The notes under the pieces: generated by a model
The model's database searches: none
The model's input: only the letters and a program-made list of their open reading frames with translations
Told to the model about the DNA's origin: nothing
Shown here: piece after piece, positions 19,228 through 28,468 of the stretch
How the letters are laid out: each line of letters starts with the position of its first letter
Numbering within the stretch: the first letter of the stretch is position 1
IMG/VR virus record: IMGVR_UViG_2724679183_000002
Span: 64,001 to 128,000 of that record
Strand: one strand, 5' to 3'
Source: a virus
Lineage: Duplodnaviria > Caudoviricetes
Length of the DNA stretch: 64,000 nucleotides
Translations under genes and position numbers: made by a program

Positions 19228-20631
19228 GTGATACAAATAATGACGGTGATATTTGACCAAGCTGCAAATGAGAAATTGCTCAGCGAAATGAGAGATGTGT
19301 TCTCTAGAAAAAAACATATTCGCTCTTTTATAAATGATGTCCATACAGTTATGGCTGAGTTTAAAATATCTCCTGGCTCAACACAAAAAATAATTAATGA
19401 ATTAGAAAAACCTGAGTTAGACCTTTCGAAAGAATATATGTACTTCTTAGCTAAATGTCTATTCAAGATTCTTGAATCAGAGAGGTTTAATCCTGCTAAT
19501 TATTTTACAGAAGCAGATATGCAAGAAATTGAAACGCTTTGGGAAGGCGAAGTAGAAGAAGAAATTAAATTTCCTTACACTTTTAAAAATGCCGTTAAAT
19601 ACTCAGAAAGTAACTTAACGTTCCAAATTACGGCTGAAGATCTTTATCGCCTATTTGAAAACAAACTTCTTCATTATAATCCAAATGCACAAAGAACAAA
19701 TAAAACCAAGAAGCTTGAAGGAACTGATATTGAAATACCTGTACCAGAGTTAAACAAAAAATCGGTGGAAGAAATAAAAGAGCTTTTTAAAGACGGCAAG
19801 TTGATTAGCTCAATGTTTACTTTTAATGCACGTGTAGGAAGTGCAGATGAAGGAATTGAGTTAATATATGACGAAGAAAGTATGTCTTTAACTATAACAG
19901 AAGGTACGATATTGGATGTATTGGATGGGTATCATAGGCTTATAGGGATAACTGCTGCAATTAGGCAACATCCTGAGCTCAAGCACTTACTAAAACGTGT
20001 GTTTAAAGTGGATATTTACAACTACACTCAAAAGCAGGCGAGAGAGCATTTTGGACAACAGAACACTATAAACCCTGTGAAAAAGTCCAAGGTTGCTGAG
20101 ATGAGTCAACATCACTTTTCAAATAAGATTGTTAAGTTTATTCAAGACAACAGTCTTATTGGTGATTACATTAAGACCAACGGTGATTGGATTAACCGGG
20201 GCCAAAACCAGTTAATTACCTTTTCCGATTTCAAGAAAGCAATTGAACGTAGCTATTACAAAAAGGATTTTAGTAATCAAGCGGATATCTTGAAAACAGG
20301 AAGGTATTTAAGTGCATTTTTTGATGCAATAGCCAATATTTATATTGATGAATTTTTAGGAAGTATTGCAGATGAACGTAAGCGGTCTCTTGTAAACAGC
20401 AATTTGTTCTTTAACGGGTATGTTCTCTTAGCGAAACGATTCCAGGAGTTAAATGTTTCAATTGATGACTTAGAAAATAAAGTAAAAGAAGTACTAAAAC
20501 CAATTGATTTTGGAAAAGACAACGAGCTGTGGAAGGAACTTGGGATTATTGATAATAACGGTAATCCGAAAGCTCCTCAAAAGATATGTGACTTCTTCAG
20601 AGATATAGAGATAGAACAGCAATTTAATTAG
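19228..20631 (+). CDS. yopQ: SroE/YopQ (DndB/ParB-like fold)
   Basis: YNPNAQR and VLDGYHR motifs; synteny. Confidence 0.8.
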   Translation: MIQIMTVIFDQAANEKLLSEMRDVFSRKKHIRSFINDVHTVMAEFKISPGSTQKIINELEKPELDLSKEYMYFLAKCLFKILESERFNPANYFTEADMQEIETLWEGEVEEEIKFPYTFKNAVKYSESNLTFQITAEDLYRLFENKLLHYNPNAQRTNKTKKLEGTDIEIPVPELNKKSVEEIKELFKDGKLISSMFTFNARVGSADEGIELIYDEESMSLTITEGTILDVLDGYHRLIGITAAIRQHPELKHLLKRVFKVDIYNYTQKQAREHFGQQNTINPVKKSKVAEMSQHHFSNKIVKFIQDNSLIGDYIKTNGDWINRGQNQLITFSDFKKAIERSYYKKDFSNQADILKTGRYLSAFFDAIANIYIDEFLGSIADERKRSLVNSNLFFNGYVLLAKRFQELNVSIDDLENKVKEVLKPIDFGKDNELWKELGIIDNNGNPKAPQKICDFFRDIEIEQQFN

Positions 20632-20639
20632 CTTAGGAG

Positions 20640-21629
20640 ATGTTTGATGCAATGTTCAATAGTGATATTAAGGAAAAGTATTTGGATTCTGTTACAGAAG
20701 CAGTAGCCCATCAATTAAGGCCTCTATTCTCAAAATCAGAGATAACAGAAAATCTTTATAAAAAAGATATTTATGACTTCACTTCAGTGCAGATTTTAGA
20801 ATTAATACGATCATTCGACCAAACAACAATTGGGAGTGTAAAAAGAACATTATCATTATTGTCAACGTATATCGATTGGGCAACATCTTATAATTTGAGC
20901 AAAGGTGCTGTTAACTTAGCGAGAACGATATCGAACGATGAGCTTTATGAGTGCCTAGGTGATAAAAAATTATACATCTCATTTAGTGAACTGGAAGACA
21001 TGCAAGACAAATTACTCAATTATCAATCGAAAGCAGTGCTCAGATGTTTATTTGAGGGTATATCAGGCATGGCTCATTCTGAACTACTTAGTCTTTCAAG
21101 GCAACAAATAGAAGAAGCAATGCTAAACGGCAACGTACTGACACTACATGACATAAAGAATGGAGATCGAAAGTTAAAAGTGAGTAGCGACTGTCTTATT
21201 ATTGCTTTAAATGCTTCGAAAGAAAGTACGTACCAATTAAAAAATGGAAGAGCCGAAGGACGAGCAAAAGAAGTTTCTTTAGTGGACAATGACTTTGTAA
21301 TTAAAACTAAAAAAACCAGAGGTAAAAATGAAGGTCAAGCAGGTAGACATATAATAACGAACTTAATAACAGATATCTCTGAGTTCTTTAAAATAAACTT
21401 CCTGACACCTAATACAATTGTAAGATCAGGACATCTTTATCGTGCATATCAGCTTTATAAAGAACGAGGTGTTATTGATAACGCTGTTAGATACCAAATC
21501 ATTGATGAATTTAATTTGAACGTAAATAGAGTCAGGGCTGTTTACAGCATGAAAGATTACATTAATGAAGAAGAGATAAAAAAGCTCTATGCAGAAGAAT
21601 TAGGCTTGAAAGATGAAGAATTAATTTAA
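20640..21629 (+). CDS. yopR: Master repressor MrpR/SroF (recombinase fold, degenerate catalytic motifs)
   Basis: MFNSDIKEKYL, LFEGISG, LTPNTIVRSG; synteny. Confidence 0.85.
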   Translation: MFDAMFNSDIKEKYLDSVTEAVAHQLRPLFSKSEITENLYKKDIYDFTSVQILELIRSFDQTTIGSVKRTLSLLSTYIDWATSYNLSKGAVNLARTISNDELYECLGDKKLYISFSELEDMQDKLLNYQSKAVLRCLFEGISGMAHSELLSLSRQQIEEAMLNGNVLTLHDIKNGDRKLKVSSDCLIIALNASKESTYQLKNGRAEGRAKEVSLVDNDFVIKTKKTRGKNEGQAGRHIITNLITDISEFFKINFLTPNTIVRSGHLYRAYQLYKERGVIDNAVRYQIIDEFNLNVNRVRAVYSMKDYINEEEIKKLYAEELGLKDEELI

Positions 21630-21641
21630 ATAAGTATTCGC

Positions 21642-21672
21642 CACCCAGCAAAAATAAACTGGGTGTTTTTTC
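21642..21672 (+). terminator. Terminator of the sro operon
   Basis: CACCCAG...CTGGGTG followed by TTTTTT. Confidence 0.75.
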
Positions 21673-21855
21673 TCGCTTTAAAAACAAAATATAAGCACAT
21701 TAATAATAGTCGTTTAAAAAATTTTGATATTCGACAAAAATAGACATAATAAGTCAAAATAAGTTCTTTCCACCACTAGCAACATGTAGTAAAATAGTTG
21801 TGTAAACCATACGGTTTACTCAGGAGGAGACCAAGACATTTGTCTTAGTCGAAAT

Positions 21856-22080
21856 TCAATGCCTTTCAACCTTGAATTCATAGAGGTCTTCCACATTACA
21901 ATCTAATGCATCAGCGATTCTTATTGCTGTTCTAATTGTCATCTCGACTTTTTTCATCCGGTTATAATCGCTTAGTTGTTGCTTCTTTATTCCAGTTATT
22001 TCAGCAAGTTCATTGATTGTAATGTCTTTCTTTCTACAAAGTTCAGGTATCAAGCATTGCCCGATCTCAACTTTAATCAT
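21856..22080 (-). CDS. yopS: Xre HTH regulator
   Basis: 74 aa, ITINELAEITGIKKQQLSDY; reverse orientation as in SPbeta. Confidence 0.85.
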   Translation of the reverse strand: MIKVEIGQCLIPELCRKKDITINELAEITGIKKQQLSDYNRMKKVEMTIRTAIRIADALDCNVEDLYEFKVERH

Positions 22081-22202
22081 TATCGGACATCCTCCTGCTA
22101 GTTCTGTTATGGAAAGACATAATACATATCATACCATACGATGACTTCAAATAACCACTAGCGTTACACTCACAATAAATGTATAATGTTAATAAACAAA
22201 AC

Positions 22203-22216
22203 AGAACGCTTGTTCC
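22203..22216 (+). promoter_or_regulatory. LexA/DinR (SOS) box downstream of a TATAAT -10 element, upstream of yopT
   Basis: AGAAC-GCTT-GTTCC fits the Bacillus GAAC-N4-GTTC consensus. Confidence 0.7.
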
Positions 22217-22256
22217 CTTGTAAGGTTGTCAAAGAGAAAAAACATAGTATAGGAGA

Positions 22257-22478
22257 ATGAGGATGGCAGGTTATTTGAACAATGTATCATTAAATCTTGA
22301 AATAGTACTTAAAAACACAGCAAAAAATGAAGAGGTATCTCAAACTATTGCCGAAAGACTTTGTGAAAAATTAATGGTTACCAGGGAAGTAACTTTTTTG
22401 CAAGCAGATGGCACTGTTGAAAAATTTAAATTGAATGACATTGATTATGAGATATCTAATACTGAAGAAATACTTTAA
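22257..22478 (+). CDS. yopT: YopT-like protein
   Basis: MAGYLNNVSLNLEIVLKN; synteny. Confidence 0.75.
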   Translation: MRMAGYLNNVSLNLEIVLKNTAKNEEVSQTIAERLCEKLMVTREVTFLQADGTVEKFKLNDIDYEISNTEEIL

Positions 22479-22532
22479 ATAAAATAAATAGGAAGACTCC
22501 ATTGAACCACAGCACGAATTATTGCAGCGTAG

Positions 22533-22751
22533 TTGGAGCTTGTAGGTGAACACGTGAAATTATTTGTTGATCTTCAGGATTACAACACCATTAATCTCAA
22601 ACTAACTAAAAAGGTTTTAACATCTGAACAGTACCAATTCCTTTTGAACTTTAATGGAAAACAAGTAGACATTACGGTTTCAATAACGCCAGAAAATCTG
22701 GTGAAAATAAGAGATCATATCAATGAAATAATATTTAAATTTGCCGAATAA
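22533..22751 (+). CDS. YopU-like protein
   Basis: Synteny. Confidence 0.55.
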   Translation: MELVGEHVKLFVDLQDYNTINLKLTKKVLTSEQYQFLLNFNGKQVDITVSITPENLVKIRDHINEIIFKFAE

Positions 22752-22752
22752 A

Positions 22753-22795
22753 AATCAAATTCGATCATTTGGAAAAAATATGATCGAATTTGATT
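22753..22795. repeat. Perfect 16-bp inverted repeat overlapping a TTGACA -35 element
   Basis: AATCAAATTCGATCAT-N11-ATGATCGAATTTGATT. Confidence 0.85.
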
Positions 22796-22869
22796 GACAA
22801 AAACAATTTTGTGGGTTACCTTATAGTTAAATATAAAAAATAAGCATAAGGAGGATCGTAGATAAAGCG

Positions 22870-23049
22870 ATGTTGCTTGATGAAAAGCTGAATAAATTAA
22901 AAGGCGCATATGACACACTCCTCATTCATAAGAGTAAAAATGAAATGAGAAGAGTTGTAGGATTGTTTCACTCAATAATTGATTATGCGTATGAAGGCAT
23001 GTACATAGCTGAGGCACAAATCGACCAAGAAGGAGAGGCAAATGATTAG
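22870..23049 (+). CDS. YopV-like 59-aa protein (below the ORF-track cutoff)
   Basis: MLLDEKLNKLKGAYD...IIDYAYEGMYIAE; AAGGAGG upstream. Confidence 0.55.
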   Translation: MLLDEKLNKLKGAYDTLLIHKSKNEMRRVVGLFHSIIDYAYEGMYIAEAQIDQEGEAND

Positions 23050-23284
23050 TATAAAAAGTCCTAAGATTAATACAATTACACTAACTGACTCTAACAAAGC
23101 AAGTTTAGTTAGAAGAATTATAGAAAAAGAGAAACTCGGTTATGAATGCACTCATCCAATAACAGAGAAGTTCTTTGAGTTTGTTGCTACCGGTTCTGCT
23201 AAAAGGGGTAGCAAATACCGAAGGGAATACATAGGGTATACAAAATTTTTCACCAAAATGAAACTTATTAAAAATAAAATATAA
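23042..23284 (+). CDS. Hypothetical phage protein
   Basis: AGGAGAGG RBS. Confidence 0.55.
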   Translation: MISIKSPKINTITLTDSNKASLVRRIIEKEKLGYECTHPITEKFFEFVATGSAKRGSKYRREYIGYTKFFTKMKLIKNKI

Positions 23285-23354
23285 GTATGTAAAATGTAAG
23301 TTTTATCAAGATTGAAATAGGCCGGCAGGCGATAGTGAGGAGTGAAGTATTATT

Positions 23355-23591
23355 ATGAAGAATTTATGTTGTGAAACGTGTGGGTTGGATACCCATGAAA
23401 ATACAACGCCTATCTTTGAAAAGCCTTTAAGATTTGCTTTTCGATCAGATATCAAGCAGTTAGAACAAAATACTGACGACCATAGAAAACAAGAAAATAT
23501 CTGTTTAGACTGTTTCACTGCTGAATTGCAACAGGTTAGCAAGGATTGTAAAACACGGTGCAAATTTAAATCAAAGGAGAGCGGACAATGA
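23355..23591 (+). CDS. Small Cys-rich phage protein
   Basis: CETC...CLDC. Confidence 0.55.
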   Translation: MKNLCCETCGLDTHENTTPIFEKPLRFAFRSDIKQLEQNTDDHRKQENICLDCFTAELQQVSKDCKTRCKFKSKESGQ

Positions 23592-24256
23592 ATCTACAAA
23601 AAATGTTCGAAATGCAAAAGGTGCTGGATGATCGGATCATCAAAGAAAAGGGGCTTGAGGGGCGGGACTTGCTGCCGAACCTCATTCTTGCTCTACAGGT
23701 GGAGCTGGCCGAGTGTGCGAATGAATGGCGCGGCTTTAAGCATTGGAGTGATGACCGGGAGCCGCGTACGAAAATAGAGCATTTTTGTCCAACATGTGAT
23801 GGCACTGGCGATGAAAATCATGATATTAATTTGCAATATCTCGAAGAAGGGCATGCAGTTGAACCATATTCCGAATGCCAAGACTGCAACGGCTCTGGGA
23901 AGTTAGGTGAAACAAATCCTCTACTTGAGGAATACGTTGACTGCCTGCACTTTATTTTGAGTATTGGGAATCACATCAATTATAAAATCGTCTCTACAAA
24001 AGAATTACAAGCGTTCTTTTGTGAAATTAATCTGACGGAACAATTCGCCTCATTATTTGAGGAAATCGTATATATGGCACAAGCAACGAGAGGTCATTCT
24101 CCAGCGGAACAAGCGTTAGCAAAGTATAGGTATGTATCTCTATTTCAAATATTCATAGGCTTGGGAGTAATGCTCGATTTTACCACTGAACAAATCGAAG
24201 CCGCCTACATGGAGAAAAACGCCGTCAATCATCAGCGGCAGCAGGAGGGGTATTGA
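23588..24256 (+). CDS. Dimeric (all-alpha) dUTPase with an inserted CxxCxGxG zinc-finger
   Basis: ELAECANEWRGFKHW, LLEEYVDCLHF, KNAVNHQRQ..GY; insert CPTCDGTG...CQDCNGSG. Confidence 0.88.
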   Translation: MNLQKMFEMQKVLDDRIIKEKGLEGRDLLPNLILALQVELAECANEWRGFKHWSDDREPRTKIEHFCPTCDGTGDENHDINLQYLEEGHAVEPYSECQDCNGSGKLGETNPLLEEYVDCLHFILSIGNHINYKIVSTKELQAFFCEINLTEQFASLFEEIVYMAQATRGHSPAEQALAKYRYVSLFQIFIGLGVMLDFTTEQIEAAYMEKNAVNHQRQQEGY

Positions 24257-24639
24257 TGGAGAAATTTGATCTTAAATTAATCGGCGGACAGCTGGTAATT
24301 GATATGGGACAAACAGCAGATGACAGATTCAAGCATATAGGTTATAACGGCCAGCCTGCTATTTATGATTTTGATGAAATCTGTGTACCAATTATCGGCA
24401 CAGTGGAGTTAAGCGATGAGCAAATAAAGAAGATTGGGCTTGCTTATACAAACGGTGATAAATGTGATTACTGTGAAGAATACACGGACAAGGTGCGGCC
24501 CTCTCCTTTTATGGCCGATGCGGGTGCTTCAATGTGTAAAGAGTGTTGGGACGGAACAAAAGAAGAATATGCCACATCCACCGATGAGCATATTGGGGAT
24601 TTTGAGGATTACCCACACTGGAAGGAGGGCGCGGAATGA
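24253..24639 (+). CDS. Hypothetical zinc-binding protein
   Basis: CDYC...CKEC. Confidence 0.6.
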   Translation: MMEKFDLKLIGGQLVIDMGQTADDRFKHIGYNGQPAIYDFDEICVPIIGTVELSDEQIKKIGLAYTNGDKCDYCEEYTDKVRPSPFMADAGASMCKECWDGTKEEYATSTDEHIGDFEDYPHWKEGAE

Positions 24640-24833
24640 GAAGTCCAACAGAGAAACAATTGGGATTAATTCGAAACATGGAGCAATATATAAGTGCAAG
24701 ATTCACCGGTAATACAATAAGAGAAGCAAGCGAATTTATTACAAATCATATGGATGAATACCAAGAAGAGAAAGAAATGGCCGATGAATCAAAGGTTTTA
24801 TATGATGATGTTTACTATGAAGAAAGCTGGTAA
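24636..24833 (+). CDS. Hypothetical phage protein
   Basis: PTEKQL...EASEFI motif. Confidence 0.55.
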   Translation: MRSPTEKQLGLIRNMEQYISARFTGNTIREASEFITNHMDEYQEEKEMADESKVLYDDVYYEESW

Positions 24834-24951
24834 CCTTGCCTGAAGCATAGAGAATCTAAATAAAAGATGCATTTTAAAGAGATACCTTGTTTGGAGGAAT
24901 AAAACCATATAAACTTTAGTAGAGACAATTAAATACAAGGGAGAAAAATAT

Positions 24952-26373
24952 ATGAATAAAAAAGCCATAAAAAGACCAAAAGTGTTTATATCATATTGTT
25001 GGACTTCTGAACAACATGAAGAATGGGTTTTAGATCTAGCAATACGATTGTCTGAGGGGGATGGCATAGAGGTTATACTTGATAAGTGGGATTTAAAAGA
25101 AGGACAAGATAAATATGCATTCATGGAGAGTATGGTTACTTCTAAAGAAATAGATAGGGTATTAATCATTTGTGATTCTGGATATCAAAATAAAGCTGAT
25201 AATAGGACAGGTGGAGTAGGGGATGAAACTCAAATAATTACCCCGAATGTTTATTCGGATACAAAACAAGAAAAGTTTATTCCTATTATTGCAGAACGAG
25301 ATGAAAAAGGAAATGCTTTCATTCCTGCTTACGTTAAGAATAGAATTTATATTGAACTATCTAATGAAGAAACTTTTGAAGAAAATTATGAAAAATTGAT
25401 TAGAAATATAATGAAAGCACCAAAGTATAAAAAACCACCTCTGGGTGAACTACCATTATATTTATTTGATGAAGAAATAAACCACTTTAAAACTAAAAAC
25501 ATTATTAGAAAAATGAGAAACGCTCTTGAAAAAAATCCTTCAAGGATTAGTTTCCTTTCAGAAGAATTTATTGAAGCATTTGTTGAATCTTTAAAAGGGT
25601 TACAAATTCAAAATGAAAAAATTGAAAATAATCAAATCGACGATTTAATTAAAGAAGGAATTGATAAGTCATTGCCATTAAAAGATGACTTTATAAATTA
25701 TTTAAAAGTACTAATTGAGGCAGACAAGGTTGATTCGGATGCTTTGGCAGAGCTCTTTGAAAGAATATATGTTTTCACAGAAATACAAAAAGGAATGGAT
25801 CATTGTCATCCGGAACAATTTGATCACTTTAAGTTTATACTTCATGAAATCGTTATATACACCTTCACTCTACTGTTCAAGTATAAAATGTACAGCATTA
25901 TTGCTGACCTATTAGATATGGAATACAATTTGTCATTTAGGGGAAGTTCTGAAAACTTAACTGCATTCAGATTTTATATAACATCTCTAGATAAAAGAAA
26001 CAAGAAGCTTAAATTGAATAGGGTAAGTTATCATTCTGAATTATTGATGCAAAGATCGAACGACTTAAGAGACGAATTGATAGTAGCTGATGTCTTGCTT
26101 TTTCATTTACTAAGAATGAGAAGTGTAAACTTTGATTGGTTTCCAATCACATATATCCATAATCTTTTTCATTTAAACATTAAGTTTTTAAGTAAATTAA
26201 AGTCTGAAAAGTTTGCCCGAAAAAATTTAAGCGTATTTGGTGTTGACACTATTGAAGAATTAAAAAATAAGATTAAGAACTTTGGAAGGCCTGTATCATT
26301 TCAATCAACTTTTGACAGTGCTCCTATTCCAAGTCAATTTATAAAACCAGAAGATATTGCAACCAAGCCATAA
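24952..26373 (+). CDS. SEFIR/TIR-domain protein, putative anti-phage defence
   Basis: KVFISYCW...WVLDLA.RL..DGIEVILDKWDLKEGQD..FME, GGVGDE, KFIPII; own terminator at 26382-26413. Confidence 0.85.
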   Translation: MNKKAIKRPKVFISYCWTSEQHEEWVLDLAIRLSEGDGIEVILDKWDLKEGQDKYAFMESMVTSKEIDRVLIICDSGYQNKADNRTGGVGDETQIITPNVYSDTKQEKFIPIIAERDEKGNAFIPAYVKNRIYIELSNEETFEENYEKLIRNIMKAPKYKKPPLGELPLYLFDEEINHFKTKNIIRKMRNALEKNPSRISFLSEEFIEAFVESLKGLQIQNEKIENNQIDDLIKEGIDKSLPLKDDFINYLKVLIEADKVDSDALAELFERIYVFTEIQKGMDHCHPEQFDHFKFILHEIVIYTFTLLFKYKMYSIIADLLDMEYNLSFRGSSENLTAFRFYITSLDKRNKKLKLNRVSYHSELLMQRSNDLRDELIVADVLLFHLLRMRSVNFDWFPITYIHNLFHLNIKFLSKLKSEKFARKNLSVFGVDTIEELKNKIKNFGRPVSFQSTFDSAPIPSQFIKPEDIATKP

Positions 26374-26469
26374 TAGAATAAAGGCGTCAATACATATCAA
26401 TATAATGACGCCTTAAATATTTTTATATTTAATAAAAGGATTATTTCATCCGGAAGGGAAGAGAGCAAA

Positions 26470-26655
26470 GTGAATTGGTTGGACAATTATATTCAAAATA
26501 ACGAAACCGGTTATCTAGTTGGATCTGATGAAGAACTGTGGGTTGATATGAAAAACGGCTATGTTAGAAGCGCAACAGGTACAAAAGAGCCAGTAGGTTT
26601 AATCGAAATAACAAAGAATGAATTTATTAAAAAGTTAGTTGAAAGGGTGTCGTAG
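26470..26655 (+). CDS. Hypothetical phage protein
   Basis: 61-aa ORF after site 26433. Confidence 0.5.
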   Translation: MNWLDNYIQNNETGYLVGSDEELWVDMKNGYVRSATGTKEPVGLIEITKNEFIKKLVERVS

Positions 26656-26811
26656 GTATAGGCTACATTAAACACATAATTAAAACAGCCTGGTTTAACT
26701 TGGTTTGGTTTAAATGGCATCTTGGAGCTGACATAAGCGTATTTGACGGCTGCGGGTGGAATACATATAAATATCTAAAGGATAAAAATAAAATAAGCGG
26801 AGGTTATGTAA

Positions 26812-27027
26812 GTGCTAAAGACGAATCTGCATAGCAACCACGTTGATGAGATTATTGGAGAATATTACGCTGCTAAAGGATATTCAGTCCAGAGCATTGA
26901 ACGTCAGGAAAATGGACAGCTGATTGTTGTTACGGAGCGAGTAGCAGAAGAGCAGGAACCAGCAAAAGTTGATTTAGCATTTGATTTCATACATAAAAGA
27001 CCGCACAGAAAAAAATATCTTGCTTAA
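26812..27027 (+). CDS. Hypothetical SPbeta-type protein
   Basis: GGAGG RBS. Confidence 0.55.
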   Translation: MLKTNLHSNHVDEIIGEYYAAKGYSVQSIERQENGQLIVVTERVAEEQEPAKVDLAFDFIHKRPHRKKYLA

Positions 27028-27238
27028 AAGGAGATATAAAAATGGACAGAATGAAAGAGCTTATTAGGAAAAATCTGAGCTTGAAGAAGATGTTAGAAGC
27101 TAACGAAAAAGAGATACTTGAGGAAAAACGTAAAATAAGAATTCGAAAAATTTCACGAAAGTTAGTCGAAAGACAGCAAGAAAAAGCATTAGTCTAAATG
27201 AAATCGTGATTTTAAATAGATTAGGAGGAAAAAAGATT

Positions 27239-27649
27239 ATGAAATCAATTCAAGAAATTATTGCACAAGAGCCAGTATTTTTAAATGATTGGAGCAATAA
27301 AGAGGAAGTTTTATCTGATTTTGATGGTGAACAATGGAATTATTGCAGTGACAAAAAAGTTGACAGAGATGTAAATATCCTCTTCGCATCATACGGGCAT
27401 GCAAATTATAGCGGAAACGCTTGGGTGCTTTTTGAAAAAGACGGAGAGTTATACGAAGTAAATGGGAGTCATTGCTCTTGTTACGGATTAGAAGGTCAAT
27501 ATTCGCCAGAAGTTGTAGTATTGTCCGAATTGGAAAACAGACTTGTAAATGGGACGTTTGGAGAAGATGACTGGTCGGATAATAATTTCAAAAAAGAATT
27601 GTGTCACTTCTTAGATGTTGGATTTAAATTAAACAGAGAAGAATTTTAA
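27239..27649 (+). CDS. Conserved phage protein with an HCSC motif, bounded by sites 27199 and 27651
   Basis: AGGAGG RBS; YSG.AWVL..KDG.LYEVNGSHCSCYGLE. Confidence 0.65.
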   Translation: MKSIQEIIAQEPVFLNDWSNKEEVLSDFDGEQWNYCSDKKVDRDVNILFASYGHANYSGNAWVLFEKDGELYEVNGSHCSCYGLEGQYSPEVVVLSELENRLVNGTFGEDDWSDNNFKKELCHFLDVGFKLNREEF

Positions 27650-27688
27650 ATAAAAGATAGTTTTTAATCAGTTATAGGAGGAAATTGA

Positions 27689-28186
27689 ATGGACATAAAC
27701 ATAAACATTAAACGGTTATCACCAGATGTCGTGATTCCCAAATATGGACACGTCCTCGACGCAGGCTTCGATCTAGTAGCGTCAGAGGATGTAATTATCG
27801 AACCGGGTGAAACGAAGTTAGTTCCGACTGGACTCGCCCTCGATATCCCATATGGATACATTCTCGAAATTAGGCCACACTCAGGAATTACGTTAAAAAC
27901 GAGGTTGCGCGTTCAGCTTGGCATGGTCGATTCCGTCTATAACGGAGAAATCGGTGTAATCGTCGATAATATCTGGCGAGAAGAATGCGGATCAACGCCA
28001 AGATTGTGTATTCTAAATGGAAAGACAGAGTATCTTGACGGTATTTATTATCCGAAATTCACATACCTGATCCGCAAAGGTGATCGTATCGCCCAAGGCG
28101 TAATCAAGCCAATTGAGTATGCTGTGTTTACGGAAGCTGCTGCACTTGGCGATAGCGATCGAGGTACGAGTCAATTTAAAGTCTGA
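27689..28186 (+). CDS. dut: Trimeric dUTPase with degenerate motifs II and V
   Basis: AGFDL, PTGL, RPHSG (usually RxRSG), GMVDSVYNGEI, GDRIAQ; ends DRGTSQFKV without GFGSTG. Confidence 0.8.
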   Translation: MDININIKRLSPDVVIPKYGHVLDAGFDLVASEDVIIEPGETKLVPTGLALDIPYGYILEIRPHSGITLKTRLRVQLGMVDSVYNGEIGVIVDNIWREECGSTPRLCILNGKTEYLDGIYYPKFTYLIRKGDRIAQGVIKPIEYAVFTEAAALGDSDRGTSQFKV

Positions 28187-28328
28187 ATCGACGTTTTTCC
28201 TCAAAGTAATCGGGATACTTATTCTGTTTAGATTTTGATTTGTATACAAAGCAGATTACAGCAGCTAGGATATAGTCCATGACTTTATCAAAAGTCCAAT
28301 TTGCGAACAAATCCAGAAGAAATTTCAT
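28176..28328 (-). CDS. 50-aa small membrane protein overlapping the dut 3' end
   Basis: GGAGGTGA RBS; MKFLLDLFANWTFDKVMDYILAAVICFVYKSKSKQNKYPDYFEEKRRFRL. Confidence 0.55.
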   Translation of the reverse strand: MKFLLDLFANWTFDKVMDYILAAVICFVYKSKSKQNKYPDYFEEKRRFRL

Positions 28329-28468
28329 TAGATTTCACCTCCGAGACAAAACTGTCCAGTCTCTTTTATATGGCATGCGTATGACATGCCTTCATTAATA
28401 AAGAGTGAAATGTAATATGAAAATCTAAAAAGAATTGAAAAAAACATAAAAAAATAGAGGCGGTATAA

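Noticed and set aside
18067-21629. yopP or yopR as the prophage integrase marking an att boundary
   Set aside because: Phage genes continue on both sides, and SPbeta-like phages integrate with a separate recombinase outside this window.
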